Assembly: GCA_963835935.1 (NCBI GenBank)
Contig: CAWIHK010000005.1
Location: forward strand, 459,166 to 523,165
Length of the DNA: 64,000 bases
Source: Ignavibacteriota bacterium
GTDB taxonomy: Bacteria > Bacteroidota > Ignavibacteria > UBA10030 > CAVZMI01
Direction of reading: 5' to 3'
A program made the position numbers and the translations under genes. The notes under the pieces were generated by a model that did not search any database, was not told where the DNA came from, and saw only the letters and a list, made by a program, of their open reading frames with translations. Positions 39,747 through 50,191 of the stretch are shown in pieces; position 1 is the first letter of the stretch, and every line of letters begins with the position of its first letter.

Positions 39747-41792
39747 ATGGAAAACGCTGTCATTACACCTATACGACCTACTTATTGGAATATCCCTCAC
39801 TGGGCAGAAATTGGCCAGTACTTGTTTGGTTTTCTGGCCATTGCTATTTTTATTTATGGCTTGTGGATACATCTCCAACGCTGGCGTTCAGGTAAATCGG
39901 AAAAAATCGAATTGACTTTGGGTCAACGTATCCAGGCATTTTGCAAGTATGCCCTTCTTCAAGCTCGACTTTCCACAGAGCCGCGTGCACTCATTATGCA
40001 CTTGGGTATTTTTTGGGGGATGGTGTTCCTGGCAATAGGTACGGCGCTTGCAACCGTTGATTGGGATGTTACACATCTGTTCTTCGGTTTTCAATTTCTC
40101 GTGGGTCACTCCTATATATTATTTGAATTAGTGTTGGATATTGCCGGTGTTGTATTGATTGTCGGTCTAATTATTGCAATTTATCGGCGTTACATTTTAC
40201 ACCTTGAAAAACTTAAAACCATTTCACCTCCAACTTTCCCATTAGATTCTTTCTACCTGCTAGCCATACTTCTTGTAGTGGCAGTCACCGGATTTCTTAT
40301 CGAAGGATTAAGGCTCGCGATAACCGACATTCGTTGGGAAGAATCAAGAAGCTGGGCATTTGCAGGAAATGGATTGTCAAAATTATTCAGACTGATGTCG
40401 GATGATGCCATTAGGAGTTCTCATCTCTTTTTATGGATTGTACATGCACTTTTTGCGTTTGTATTCATCGCTAGTATTCCTTTCTCCAAAGCATTCCATA
40501 TGGTAGCTTCAGGCGTAAGTATCTTTCTGCGCAGGATTTCAAATCCAGGTATACTTCATCCGGAAGGAACGAGCGTTGAAAAGATCTCCGATTTTACATG
40601 GCGTCAACTTTTACAATTTGACGGTTGCACATGGTGCGGGCGATGCCAGGAAGTATGTCCAGCAAATATCAGTGGATACTCTCTTTCCCCGAAAAATGTA
40701 ATCCTCAAACTCAATGGGCAACCGGTAGAGAGGCAAAAAAAAGAAAGTAACGACAAAGATTCACAGACAAATACATCGGCGCTTCACGGCTCGGCGATTA
40801 CTGCCGAAGAACTTTGGGCTTGCACAACATGCATAGCTTGCGAAGTTGCATGTCCTGTTTTCATCGAACAACCGAGAGCTATCATAGAGCTTCGTCGCCA
40901 TCTTGTTAACCAAGGGGAAATTGACAAGAACCAGCAAGAAACGCTTGCTCGTATGCAGCGATACGGTAATTCTTTTGGTCAATCCGACCGCATGCGCGCA
41001 AAATGGACAGAGGGATTGGAATTCAAGATCAAAGATGCCCGTAAAGAACCAGTAGAATATCTCTGGTGGGTTGGCGATTACGCTTCATACGATGCACGCC
41101 TGCAAGATATCACACGGATGACAGCAAAGTTATTTAACCTCGCGGGGCTTGATTTCGGAATTGCTTACGAAGGTGAACGAAATTCAGGTAACGATATTCG
41201 TCGCATCGGTGAGGAAGGATTATTTGAGCTTCTTAAGGATAAAAATCTACAGACTCTCAACAAAGCAAAATTCCAGACCATCGTAACAACCGATCCGCAT
41301 GCATATAACGCACTAAAAAATGAATATAGCCTAAACGGTAACGGCAACACGTTGAAAGTAAAGCATTATACAGAAGTACTAGATGACATGATTAAACGTG
41401 GCCAACTGAAACTCACAAAGAAATCATCATTACACGTAACCTATCACGATCCCTGCTACCTCGGCCGGTATAATGGTATCTATAATGAGCCGCGAAATAT
41501 ACTGCGAGCAATAGGAGTTAATCTGATAGAAATGAAGCGGAATGGTGATAGAAGTTTCTGCTGCGGAGCCGGCGGTGGAAGGATTTGGATGGAAGAGGAT
41601 GCAAGCATTAAGGAACGTCCCTCGGAAAATCGTATTCGTGAAGCAGTAGCTGAGACACACGCAGAGATATTTGTTGTCGCATGTCCAAAGGATATGGTGA
41701 TGTTCCAGGATGCTGTAAAGACAACTGGTAATGAAGCTAAAATCGTTGTTCGTGACATTTCCGAACTTGTATGGGAAGCATTAGAGCATTGA
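39747..41792 (+). CDS. Membrane-bound heme-b/Fe-S oxidoreductase. An N-terminal NarI/HdrE/DsrM-like multi-TM domain is fused to an HdrD/DsrK-like module (two 4Fe-4S, two CCG). Putative Etf:quinone oxidoreductase (EMO-type).
   Basis: About 5 TM helices with His residues. CTWCGRCQEVCP and CTTCIACEVACP ferredoxin motifs. CCG domains (HDPCYLGRYN...CCGAGGGRIWMEE). Immediately downstream of etfBA. Confidence 0.7.
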   Translation: MENAVITPIRPTYWNIPHWAEIGQYLFGFLAIAIFIYGLWIHLQRWRSGKSEKIELTLGQRIQAFCKYALLQARLSTEPRALIMHLGIFWGMVFLAIGTALATVDWDVTHLFFGFQFLVGHSYILFELVLDIAGVVLIVGLIIAIYRRYILHLEKLKTISPPTFPLDSFYLLAILLVVAVTGFLIEGLRLAITDIRWEESRSWAFAGNGLSKLFRLMSDDAIRSSHLFLWIVHALFAFVFIASIPFSKAFHMVASGVSIFLRRISNPGILHPEGTSVEKISDFTWRQLLQFDGCTWCGRCQEVCPANISGYSLSPKNVILKLNGQPVERQKKESNDKDSQTNTSALHGSAITAEELWACTTCIACEVACPVFIEQPRAIIELRRHLVNQGEIDKNQQETLARMQRYGNSFGQSDRMRAKWTEGLEFKIKDARKEPVEYLWWVGDYASYDARLQDITRMTAKLFNLAGLDFGIAYEGERNSGNDIRRIGEEGLFELLKDKNLQTLNKAKFQTIVTTDPHAYNALKNEYSLNGNGNTLKVKHYTEVLDDMIKRGQLKLTKKSSLHVTYHDPCYLGRYNGIYNEPRNILRAIGVNLIEMKRNGDRSFCCGAGGGRIWMEEDASIKERPSENRIREAVAETHAEIFVVACPKDMVMFQDAVKTTGNEAKIVVRDISELVWEALEH

Positions 41793-43018
41793 TAGAAAGA
41801 ATGAATGCAATGAAAACAAATGAAGTGACCGTAGAATCGGTAGACAACTTGACGTTAGAAAACCTCTTCAGTACACCTGAAGGACAGAAGGTTCTCTCAT
41901 GCATCCAATGCGGAATGTGTGCTGGTACATGTCCTTATGGTGAATATATGTTGTATCCGCCGCGTCGCATTATAGAGATGCTGCGTGCAGGATTGATCGA
42001 GGAAGTGTTCGAATCGAACAGTCTTCTCAATTGTGTTGCTTGCTACGCGTGTATGGCAAAATGTCCCCGCGATATTCATCTGACAGAAGTTTTATTGCCT
42101 TTTATTAAAGAAGAGATGTTTGCACGATTGACTGAAGTACCGGCGGAATTACAAACGGCTCTGCAGAACATGTTGCGCTACGGGAATCCGGATGGATTCT
42201 CACCGCGAAAGCGTGCAGATTGGGTGAAAACAATCGATCTTCCTGTTCGAATTTTACCAGATAATCCGAAGCCGGTGGATGTTTTATGGTTCGTAGAGTG
42301 TACTCCTTCTTACTATCCTCGCGGGCAGGAAGCAAGCCGTGCAGTTGCAAAACTTTTTCACGTGATCAACACTGATTTCGGAATTCTCGGCAACGAAGAA
42401 CGTTGTGCAGGCGAATGCGCACGACTTGTCGGCGAAGCAGGTCTTTTCGATACGCTTCGTGAACGTAATATGGGCGTTTTCAAAAAATTCCAATTTAACC
42501 AAATTGTCACGAGTGATGCACATGCATACGATGCCTTCAAATATATCTATCCTATGCATGGATTCAATTATCCATTGGAGCATACCACAACATATTTCGT
42601 TAAACATCTTGCAGAATTGAAACCTCATCTAACAAAGAAAGTAAATTACACCATCACATTTCACGACAATTGCTGCCTCAGCCGCCATAACGATCTTTAT
42701 AAAGAACCGCGTGCATTGCTTTCGGCAATTCCCGGCGTAAAACTTGTAGAGATGACACACAATCATGTGAATTCACAATGCTGTGGTGGAGGTGGCGGGG
42801 GAATGTGGTTGGATACATACTATAAGAGTAAAGGAATGGATCGTCTTTCCGATCGACGGATAAAAGAAGCAATCGCTACTGGAGCTGATGTTCTGGCTGT
42901 TTCATGTCCTTATGAAGTCTCACGATTTGAAGACGCTCTTAAATTGATCGGATATGAAAACAAAATGATCGTAAAAGATATAATGGAATTATTGGCGGAA
43001 TCTTTAGGAGAAATTTAA
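41771..43018 (+). CDS. Soluble HdrD/GlpC-like Fe-S oxidoreductase (two 4Fe-4S, two CCG domains).
   Basis: CIQCGMCAGTCP and CVACYACMAKCP motifs, and CCGGGGGGMW. Confidence 0.75.
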   Translation: MGSIRALIERMNAMKTNEVTVESVDNLTLENLFSTPEGQKVLSCIQCGMCAGTCPYGEYMLYPPRRIIEMLRAGLIEEVFESNSLLNCVACYACMAKCPRDIHLTEVLLPFIKEEMFARLTEVPAELQTALQNMLRYGNPDGFSPRKRADWVKTIDLPVRILPDNPKPVDVLWFVECTPSYYPRGQEASRAVAKLFHVINTDFGILGNEERCAGECARLVGEAGLFDTLRERNMGVFKKFQFNQIVTSDAHAYDAFKYIYPMHGFNYPLEHTTTYFVKHLAELKPHLTKKVNYTITFHDNCCLSRHNDLYKEPRALLSAIPGVKLVEMTHNHVNSQCCGGGGGGMWLDTYYKSKGMDRLSDRRIKEAIATGADVLAVSCPYEVSRFEDALKLIGYENKMIVKDIMELLAESLGEI

Positions 43019-43019
43019 T

Positions 43020-45029
43020 ATGGCAAAAGAAAACGGAGAAATACGAATTGGATGTTACATATGTCATTGCGGTGTAAACATCGCTTCTATAGTTGATGTC
43101 AAGGCTGTCAGAGATTATATGACATCGATTCCCAATGTCGTGTTGTCCCGGGATTATAAATATATGTGTTCAGATCCAGGACAGGAACTCATCCAGCAAG
43201 ATATTAAAGAACATAAGCTCAATCGTATCATTATAGCATCATGCTCACCATTGCTTCATGAACATACATTCCGCGTAGCTGTGGAAAAGGGAGGACTCAA
43301 TCCTTTTTATTTTCAGATGGTAAATATTCGTGAGCACGATTCATGGGTTCATACAGATAAAGCGGCTGCAACAGAAAAAGCAAAGGCACTTATGTATGCT
43401 GCCGTTCAACGTGTAAGATTGCATAAACCTCTTTCACCAAAATCTGTTCCTGTCGATCCTCATGTATTGATTGTCGGAGGCGGAATCGCTGGTATTCATG
43501 CCGCATTATCACTAGCAAATGCCGGCAAGAAAGTTACGCTTGTTGAACGAGAGCCTACTATCGGCGGACACATGGCAAAATTCGATAAGACTTTTCCAAC
43601 ACTAGATTGCGCAGCTTGTATCTTGACTCCTAAGATGTCTGCTGTTCGTTCTCATCCAAATATCACTTTGTGGACATATTCAGAAGTTGTTAAAGTAGAT
43701 GGTTTTGTTGGCAATTATAAAGTTACTGTAAAACACAAACCAAGATATGTTATTGAAGATTTGTGCATCGGCTGTCTTGAATGTATCGAGGCATGCATAT
43801 ACAAAGAGGGGAAATATCCGGATGAGTTTAATGAAAAACTAAGCAAACGAAAACCGGTTTACATTCCATTTCCTCAGGCGACGCCACAGGTTGTGCTCAT
43901 TGATCCGGATACATGCATCGATTTCAAGACAGGTAAATGTAAAAAAACGTGCATTGAAGTATGCGGCGACCGGAATGCGATCGACCTCAAACAAAAAGAA
44001 AAGATAGAAGAAATTCAGGTTGGCACTATTATACTTGCAACCGGATTTCAGGTTTTCGACGCACATAAAATTCCGTATTACGGTTACGGTACCTATCCTA
44101 ACGTTTATACAGCTTTGGAAGTTGAACGCCTGATAAACGCCAGCGGCCCGACTAGCGGAGAAATTGTACTGCGTGACGGCCGAAAGCCGAAGACTATCGG
44201 CATTATTCATTGCGTTGGTTCACGAGATGAGAACACAAATCGCTGGTGCTCGCGCGTCTGCTGTATGTATTCACTCAAACTGGCACACCTAATTCATGAA
44301 CGAACAGAAGCGGAAATATATAATTTTTATATCGACATGCGCGCGCCCGGTAAATTAATGGAAGAGTTTTACAATCGCGTCGCGCAAGAAGGTGTTCATC
44401 TAATTCGCGGCAAGGTTGCCGATATTTATCCGGACACTACCGACGGTGAAAGTAAACGTCTCATCCTTCAGGCAGAAGATACACTTCTCGGCCGCATATT
44501 GAAAATTCCCGTTGATATGGTTGTGCTTGCAGTGGGACTTGAACCGCATGCCGATGCGCAGGATGTGCGGCGATTATTTAATATTTCGTGTTCGACGGAG
44601 GGTTTCTTCCTTGAACGCCATCCGAAACTTGCGCCTGTGAATACATTCACCGATGGTATTTTCATCGCAGGCTGCTGTCAGGGACCGAAAGATATCCCGG
44701 ATACTGTTGCACAAGCCGGCGCTGCTGCATGTGAAGCATTGGCTCTCATAGACAAGGGTGAAATCGAACTTGAACCAAATACTGCCTTCGTGGTGCAGGA
44801 GGAATGCTCTGGCTGCCGTACATGCCTCACGATCTGCCCATACAATGCTATCTCGCGTGATGAAGCGAAACAGAAAGCTTTTATTAATGAAGCACTCTGT
44901 AAAGGTTGCGGTACTTGTGTAGCAGCATGTCCGTCGGGTGCCATTAAGCAGAATTTATTTGAAGACGAGATGATTTTCAGTGAAATCGATGGCTTGCTGG
45001 AAGTAGAACAAGAAGCGTGTTGCTTATAA
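43020..45029 (+). CDS. hdrA: Heterodisulfide reductase subunit A-like FAD/Fe-S flavoprotein (HdrA).
   Basis: FAD GxGxxG (VIVGGGIAGIHAAL), several CxxCxxCxxxCP ferredoxin motifs, and a conserved HdrA C-terminal domain. Confidence 0.85.
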   Translation: MAKENGEIRIGCYICHCGVNIASIVDVKAVRDYMTSIPNVVLSRDYKYMCSDPGQELIQQDIKEHKLNRIIIASCSPLLHEHTFRVAVEKGGLNPFYFQMVNIREHDSWVHTDKAAATEKAKALMYAAVQRVRLHKPLSPKSVPVDPHVLIVGGGIAGIHAALSLANAGKKVTLVEREPTIGGHMAKFDKTFPTLDCAACILTPKMSAVRSHPNITLWTYSEVVKVDGFVGNYKVTVKHKPRYVIEDLCIGCLECIEACIYKEGKYPDEFNEKLSKRKPVYIPFPQATPQVVLIDPDTCIDFKTGKCKKTCIEVCGDRNAIDLKQKEKIEEIQVGTIILATGFQVFDAHKIPYYGYGTYPNVYTALEVERLINASGPTSGEIVLRDGRKPKTIGIIHCVGSRDENTNRWCSRVCCMYSLKLAHLIHERTEAEIYNFYIDMRAPGKLMEEFYNRVAQEGVHLIRGKVADIYPDTTDGESKRLILQAEDTLLGRILKIPVDMVVLAVGLEPHADAQDVRRLFNISCSTEGFFLERHPKLAPVNTFTDGIFIAGCCQGPKDIPDTVAQAGAAACEALALIDKGEIELEPNTAFVVQEECSGCRTCLTICPYNAISRDEAKQKAFINEALCKGCGTCVAACPSGAIKQNLFEDEMIFSEIDGLLEVEQEACCL

Positions 45030-45085
45030 TGAAGTAAGAAAGGAAAATCAAGTACAGGTTTCTAATGTCGAATTTGGGCTAACGT

Positions 45086-45120
45086 ACTTTTCTGCCTCTA
45101 TGAAAAGTGTCTTTTAGCTT
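45086..45120. terminator. Candidate bidirectional terminator between the convergent hdrA and EMO-2 genes.
   Basis: A 7-bp stem (ACTTTTC / GAAAAGT) with a 9-nt loop, followed by GTCTTTTAGCTT. Confidence 0.35.
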
Positions 45121-45151
45121 AAGTGAAGATGACAAGAGTTCTTATGAACCG

Positions 45152-47158
45152 TTAACGAAGTCCTGATACAACAATCTCGGCAATATCTTTGACGCGAACT
45201 TTTTCCGACTTTTCATCTTTCAATCCATCCTCGAACATTGTTAAGCAGTAAGGACAGGTAACGCACAGCGTATCAGGATTTTGGGCAAGAGCTTCTTTAA
45301 CCCGAGTGAGGTTAATCCTAGTTCCCAAGCTTTCTTCCATCCACATCCTGCCACCACCGGCACCACAGCAAAATGAGTTATTCTTGTTTCGTTTTATTTC
45401 ACCGGGAGCTTCGCCTGTAGCAAATTTTATTGCATTGCGCGGCGCATTATAAATGTCATTATGCCGACCCAAGTAGCATGAATCATGAAAAACAATCTTT
45501 CCAAGGTTGGTCACTTTTTGATCAATTTTTAATTTTCCTTCTTTAAGAAGAATATTAATCAACTCGCTGTGGTGGATGACTTCGAGATCTAAGCCGTACT
45601 GTTTGTAATCGTTTTTCAAGGAACTGAAACAGTGGGGACATTGAGTGATGACTTTCTTGACTCCTTTTTCCTCAAAAAGTTTTACATTCTCTTTAGCCAT
45701 TTTTTCAAAAATAAATTCATTACCGAGTCTTCTAACACTGTCCCCGCAGCACTTCTCGTCTTTGCCTAAAATTCCCCATGAGATTCCGGCTGCGTCAAGA
45801 ATAGCGGCCATGGCTAACGTCACTTGTTTGTTGCGCGAATCAAACGCACCAGCACATCCCACATAAAAAAGATATTCTGTATCGCCAGCAATAAACTGCT
45901 TGACATCATGTCCGGATGTCCATTTCGAGCGTTCTGTAGGAGCGATTCCCCATGGATTGCTTCGCTGTTCCATGTTTTCAAAAAGGTTAAGAAGCTCATC
46001 AGGAAATTTGGACTCCATCTCCACGAGATGCCGTCTCATCTTGACAATTTTAGGCATTTGTTCGATGAAAACCGGACAAACTTCCATGCAGGCGCCGCAG
46101 GTCGTACAAGACCAGATCGCGTTCTCCGGATTGCTACCTTCGCCATCATTACCTATTAGAGGGAGTTTGGTAGTACCGCCCTTTTTTAGAATCGGACCGT
46201 TTTCCAAGAAATTGATCTTGATATCGTGAATAATTTGGCGGGGATTGAGAGGTTTTTCCGTGTTCGTTGCCGGACAAACATCTTGGCATCTTCCACATTC
46301 CGTGCAGGAATAAGAATCAAAGAGGTCTTTCCATGTGAAGAGATCCACCTTTCCCACACCAAAAATATTTCCTTTTTTAAATTCTTCCCTTGGTTGCGTG
46401 TTCGGCTTTTCAAGGCTTTTAAAATAGCAATTAGGGATTGCGGTCATGATGTGCATATGTTTGCTAACCGGTAGAACATTTATAAAAACTAAAAGCACAA
46501 GAGCGTGGAGCCACCAGAAAACACTCTTCAATAATTCCAACTCTGATGAAGGAATACCTGCTAAGGATCCTGCAAAAAAAGAAGAGACAGGTCTGCAGTT
46601 GCCGGCAGATTCTTTACTTAAAGCAATTTCAGCCGCATGCATTCCGAAGAAGGCAATCATTAACGTACCTATAAAGGACAGAATCAGAAAAGCTTCGAAG
46701 CCTTTAGCTTTCACATAGGGAGTGCTCAGATATTCGGGAGGGAAAAAAATCCGCCGCGTAAAAGCAATAAGAATGCTGAAGAAAGTTAATAGAGATACGA
46801 TTTCAAAGAGAAATGACAATGGTTGATATACTTCCATAGGGAGCTTGGTGAGGCTGATTGATGGAAAAAGGCCGCTTAAAAGGAACTCGCTATTGGCGAT
46901 GAGCAGAATGATAAACGACCAGAAAATGATAAAATGGTTGAGACCGAAAAAGCGGCTTACCACTCTTTTTTGGCCAAAGGCATAGAGAAGCATAGCCCAG
47001 ATTCTTTTAAAGAAATAGTTAAAACGGTCTTCGGACTTCCCTAGAGCGATCAAGCTGAAGCGTCTATAGCAACTCCATGCGAATATAACTATAGAAGCTT
47101 CAAACAATAAACTGAAAATGGTTGTATTAGATGACATGTACTTCTCTATTAATTTCAA
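45152..47158 (-). CDS. Second membrane-bound heme-b/Fe-S/CCG oxidoreductase (paralog of 39747-41792, EMO-type). The start is probably internal, near 47137.
   Basis: N-terminal TM domain. CTECGRCQDVCP and CTTCGACMEVCP motifs. CCGDS... and CCGAGGGRMWMEE. Confidence 0.7.
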   Translation of the reverse strand: MKLIEKYMSSNTTIFSLLFEASIVIFAWSCYRRFSLIALGKSEDRFNYFFKRIWAMLLYAFGQKRVVSRFFGLNHFIIFWSFIILLIANSEFLLSGLFPSISLTKLPMEVYQPLSFLFEIVSLLTFFSILIAFTRRIFFPPEYLSTPYVKAKGFEAFLILSFIGTLMIAFFGMHAAEIALSKESAGNCRPVSSFFAGSLAGIPSSELELLKSVFWWLHALVLLVFINVLPVSKHMHIMTAIPNCYFKSLEKPNTQPREEFKKGNIFGVGKVDLFTWKDLFDSYSCTECGRCQDVCPATNTEKPLNPRQIIHDIKINFLENGPILKKGGTTKLPLIGNDGEGSNPENAIWSCTTCGACMEVCPVFIEQMPKIVKMRRHLVEMESKFPDELLNLFENMEQRSNPWGIAPTERSKWTSGHDVKQFIAGDTEYLFYVGCAGAFDSRNKQVTLAMAAILDAAGISWGILGKDEKCCGDSVRRLGNEFIFEKMAKENVKLFEEKGVKKVITQCPHCFSSLKNDYKQYGLDLEVIHHSELINILLKEGKLKIDQKVTNLGKIVFHDSCYLGRHNDIYNAPRNAIKFATGEAPGEIKRNKNNSFCCGAGGGRMWMEESLGTRINLTRVKEALAQNPDTLCVTCPYCLTMFEDGLKDEKSEKVRVKDIAEIVVSGLR

Positions 47159-48494
47159 AGTTATTTACTAATGATTTCTTTTTAAGTTCCCGGATGTGGT
47201 TGGTAAGAGCAGGAATTACTTCAAAAAGGTTTCCTACGATTCCGTAGTGGGCAACATGAAAAATTGGGGCGTCCTTATCGCGGTTAATTGCAATAATCAT
47301 ATCGGAGTCCTGCATCCCGACTAGATGTTGAATGGCTCCAGAGATTCCACAGGCGATGTAGACCTTTGGCCGGACAGTTTTTCCGGTCTGACCAACTTGG
47401 CGTTCTACAGGCATCCAGCCGGCATCTACTGCACTGCGTGAAGCTCCGACGACTCCTCCCAATTCATCCGCCAATTCCTGAAGAATTGTAAAGTTTTCCT
47501 TTGCCATCATACCTCGACCGCCTGAGACTATGAAATCAGCGCCAGCAATATCGACGAACTCTTTGTGCTTAGCATCAGAGAGAATCTCGAGAACTTGGAC
47601 TAAAACATTCTTTTCTTGAATAGGGCAGGTTTCTTTTATAATTTCTCCCTGTATACTGGGTTTATGTTTGGGCATCCGCATAACGTGAGGTCGCACTGTA
47701 GCCATTTGAGGTCGAAACTTTTCGCAGAGGATACTGGCCATTATATTACCACCAAAAGCCGGACGTGTTTGAAGGAGGTGCCCTTTATCTGTAATGGAGA
47801 GGCCGGTACAATCGGCTGTTAGACCGGTTTTAAGCTTGGTTGCAACAGCTCCCGCCAAATCTCTTCCAAGTCCAGTAGCGCCCATAAGTAGGATTTCAGG
47901 TTTGTATTTCTCCACAAGGTAGCAAATCCCATTGAGATATGATACTGTACGGTAATGTTTAAAAATTGGCGCATCAAGGAGGTAAATCTTCTGTACGCCA
48001 TAAGCGAACGCTTCCTGACAAACGTGTTCGACTTTATGACCTATAACGACTGCGGCAAGCTCGACATTTAAATTTTTAGCAAGGTCAGCGCCTACTCCAA
48101 GTAACTCCCATGACACCTTTGCCGGATCCCCTTCTGTTTGTTCAATGAAAACCCACACTCCCTTATAAGGAGCAATTCTTTTAGTTACAATTGCTTGCTC
48201 GTCATCAACTTCTTCGACATGTGCGGCAGGTTTGGCTTTCTTTTTGAATTCTTCGAGGATTTTTAATTCTTCAGGGGTGAAAAACATTTCTAAGGCATCC
48301 GAGGGACATACTTTAACGCACTTGACGCATCCGATACACTTGGGGAGATCGATAATAGGCTCGCCCAATTCATTCATCTCAATAGCATCAGTTGGACACA
48401 CGCTCTGGCAACGTGCACCGCAGGCGATACATTTGACCTCAATTAATCTAGCTTTACCTCGAGGCTTTTTTATCGGTTTCGGTTTATCTATCAT
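47127..48494 (-). CDS. etfA: EtfA-2 with an N-terminal 2x[4Fe-4S] ferredoxin domain (CarE/FixB-like, as in bifurcating-type Etf).
   Basis: CIACGARCQSVCP and CIGCVKCVKVCP motifs followed by the full EtfA (…VYIACGISGAIQHLVGMQDSDMIIAINRDKDAPIF). Confidence 0.8.
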   Translation of the reverse strand: MIDKPKPIKKPRGKARLIEVKCIACGARCQSVCPTDAIEMNELGEPIIDLPKCIGCVKCVKVCPSDALEMFFTPEELKILEEFKKKAKPAAHVEEVDDEQAIVTKRIAPYKGVWVFIEQTEGDPAKVSWELLGVGADLAKNLNVELAAVVIGHKVEHVCQEAFAYGVQKIYLLDAPIFKHYRTVSYLNGICYLVEKYKPEILLMGATGLGRDLAGAVATKLKTGLTADCTGLSITDKGHLLQTRPAFGGNIMASILCEKFRPQMATVRPHVMRMPKHKPSIQGEIIKETCPIQEKNVLVQVLEILSDAKHKEFVDIAGADFIVSGGRGMMAKENFTILQELADELGGVVGASRSAVDAGWMPVERQVGQTGKTVRPKVYIACGISGAIQHLVGMQDSDMIIAINRDKDAPIFHVAHYGIVGNLFEVIPALTNHIRELKKKSLVNNFEINREVHVI

Positions 48495-48513
48495 AGATTC
48501 TTAATATTAAAAG

Positions 48514-49326
48514 CTAAAAAGCAAGAATTTCATTTTGAATAAGCTTTTGAACTAGAAGCTCAACAGTTCCTTTAGGATCTTTGATTCCATCTCCAATAAT
48601 TTCTCCTTTTTCGCGTTCAGGGGAAAATATTTTTGTAACCACGGTAGGTGATCCCTTTAAACCGACAGCAGATGAATCTATATTCAACACTTTATTGTCC
48701 CAAAGCTTAACTTCTGCTTCTTCAGAGAGAAGTCTTCTCGGAACCGTAGGATAACGAGGGCGATTGATTTCTCTGACTACTGTGAGCAAAGCCGGGAGAG
48801 GAGCTTCCACGATCTCATGCCTTCCTTCAAGCTTTCTTCTAACCCGGATCATCTTGGCTTTAGTATCGAGATGTTCAATCCTGTCTACAAGAGTAAGTTG
48901 GATATAGTTAAGGCGAGTGGCGATTCCAGGTCCAACCTGTGCTGTGTCGCCGTCTATTGTCTGTTTGCCGCAGATGACAAGTCCCACTTCTTCTTCTCGA
49001 GATAGCCTTTGGATGGCTGCTGAAAGAACATAACTTGTGGCTAGTGTATCTGCTCCCGCAAAAACACGGTCCGAAAGGAGAATCGCCTCATCTACTCCTA
49101 GAGCAAGCGCCTTTCTTAAAGTTATTTCTGTATTAGGCGGGCCCATCGAGATAACCGCAACTTTGAATCCAAATTTATCTTTCAATCTTAAACTTTCTTC
49201 AACAGCATGGATATCATAGGGATTGATGATAAAGGGAATTCCCTCGCGGACTAAAGTATTGGTCACGGGATCAATTTTCACTTGCGTTGTATCTGGGACT
49301 TGCTTAATACAAGCTACGACTAACAT
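48514..49326 (-). CDS. etfB: Electron transfer flavoprotein beta subunit (EtfB-2).
   Basis: MLVVACIKQVPDTTQV... EtfB N terminus, 270 aa. Confidence 0.8.
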   Translation of the reverse strand: MLVVACIKQVPDTTQVKIDPVTNTLVREGIPFIINPYDIHAVEESLRLKDKFGFKVAVISMGPPNTEITLRKALALGVDEAILLSDRVFAGADTLATSYVLSAAIQRLSREEEVGLVICGKQTIDGDTAQVGPGIATRLNYIQLTLVDRIEHLDTKAKMIRVRRKLEGRHEIVEAPLPALLTVVREINRPRYPTVPRRLLSEEAEVKLWDNKVLNIDSSAVGLKGSPTVVTKIFSPEREKGEIIGDGIKDPKGTVELLVQKLIQNEILAF

Positions 49327-49678
49327 CGCTTTTTCTTTCTTTTCCTATATAATATCACTCTTTTTTATTACAAAACGAAAGCTCTATTCCATTTTGGATT
49401 AAAAAAATTAAGTGTATTTTAACAAAATGTTGAATGAAAAGCAAATTATTTAATTCATTTAATTTACGTACGAAAATTATAAGATGAAAATACAAGATTG
49501 CTATTCGACAGAATTTTTGTTAATTTTACTAATAATTTATATTTCAGTGGCATGAATTATATCGAGAAGTGTGCGTATACTGAGGCAAAACCTCGGATGA
49601 GTTCAACGCTGGACTAAATACGGTCTGCGGATAATTCAATAAGCAGCCGTTATTTAATAATGAATTGGAGAAAATGAG

Positions 49679-50191
49679 ATGTCAACAACGGTAGAACAAC
49701 ATAAAACTAACGGCTGGGAACCGCGCATAGTTGCTTTCTTTTGCAATTGGTGCACCTACACTGCGGCAGACCTGGCCGGTGTATCAAGAATCCGATATGC
49801 GCCGAATGCGCGTATCATACGTGTGATGTGCTCGGGGCGCGTCGATCCGCAATTTATTCTTGATGCTTTTTCCAAAGGAGCCGACGGTGTTCTTATTGGC
49901 GGCTGTCATCCCGGCGACTGTCATTATATGGAAGGCAACTACAAAGCGCTACGTCGCATGCAATTGCTCAAACGGATGATGAAAGATATGGGAATCGAAG
50001 AAAACAGATTTCGTCTCGAATGGATCTCTGCATCCGAAGGCGAACGAGTAAAAACCGTTATTAACGAAATGACAGAACAGATACGCACACTCGGCCCCCT
50101 TGGACTGCCGAAGAAGTTTGAAGAGTGGGATGAGGAACTGGAATCTCTTGAACACGAAATCAACGGAAAGGGGGATACAGTCCATGCCTGA
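49679..50191 (+). CDS. mvhD: MvhD/FlpD-like [2Fe-2S] electron-transfer subunit.
   Basis: FFCNWCTYTAADLAGVSRIRYAPNARIIRVMCSGRV...GGCHPGDCHY is the MvhD signature. Confidence 0.85.
   Translation: MSTTVEQHKTNGWEPRIVAFFCNWCTYTAADLAGVSRIRYAPNARIIRVMCSGRVDPQFILDAFSKGADGVLIGGCHPGDCHYMEGNYKALRRMQLLKRMMKDMGIEENRFRLEWISASEGERVKTVINEMTEQIRTLGPLGLPKKFEEWDEELESLEHEINGKGDTVHA

Noticed and set aside
49327-49678. 350-bp AT-rich gap between etfB-2 and mvhD, scanned for ncRNA or riboswitch features
   Set aside because: It contains only divergent-promoter-like AT-rich sequence and no convincing conserved structure by eye.
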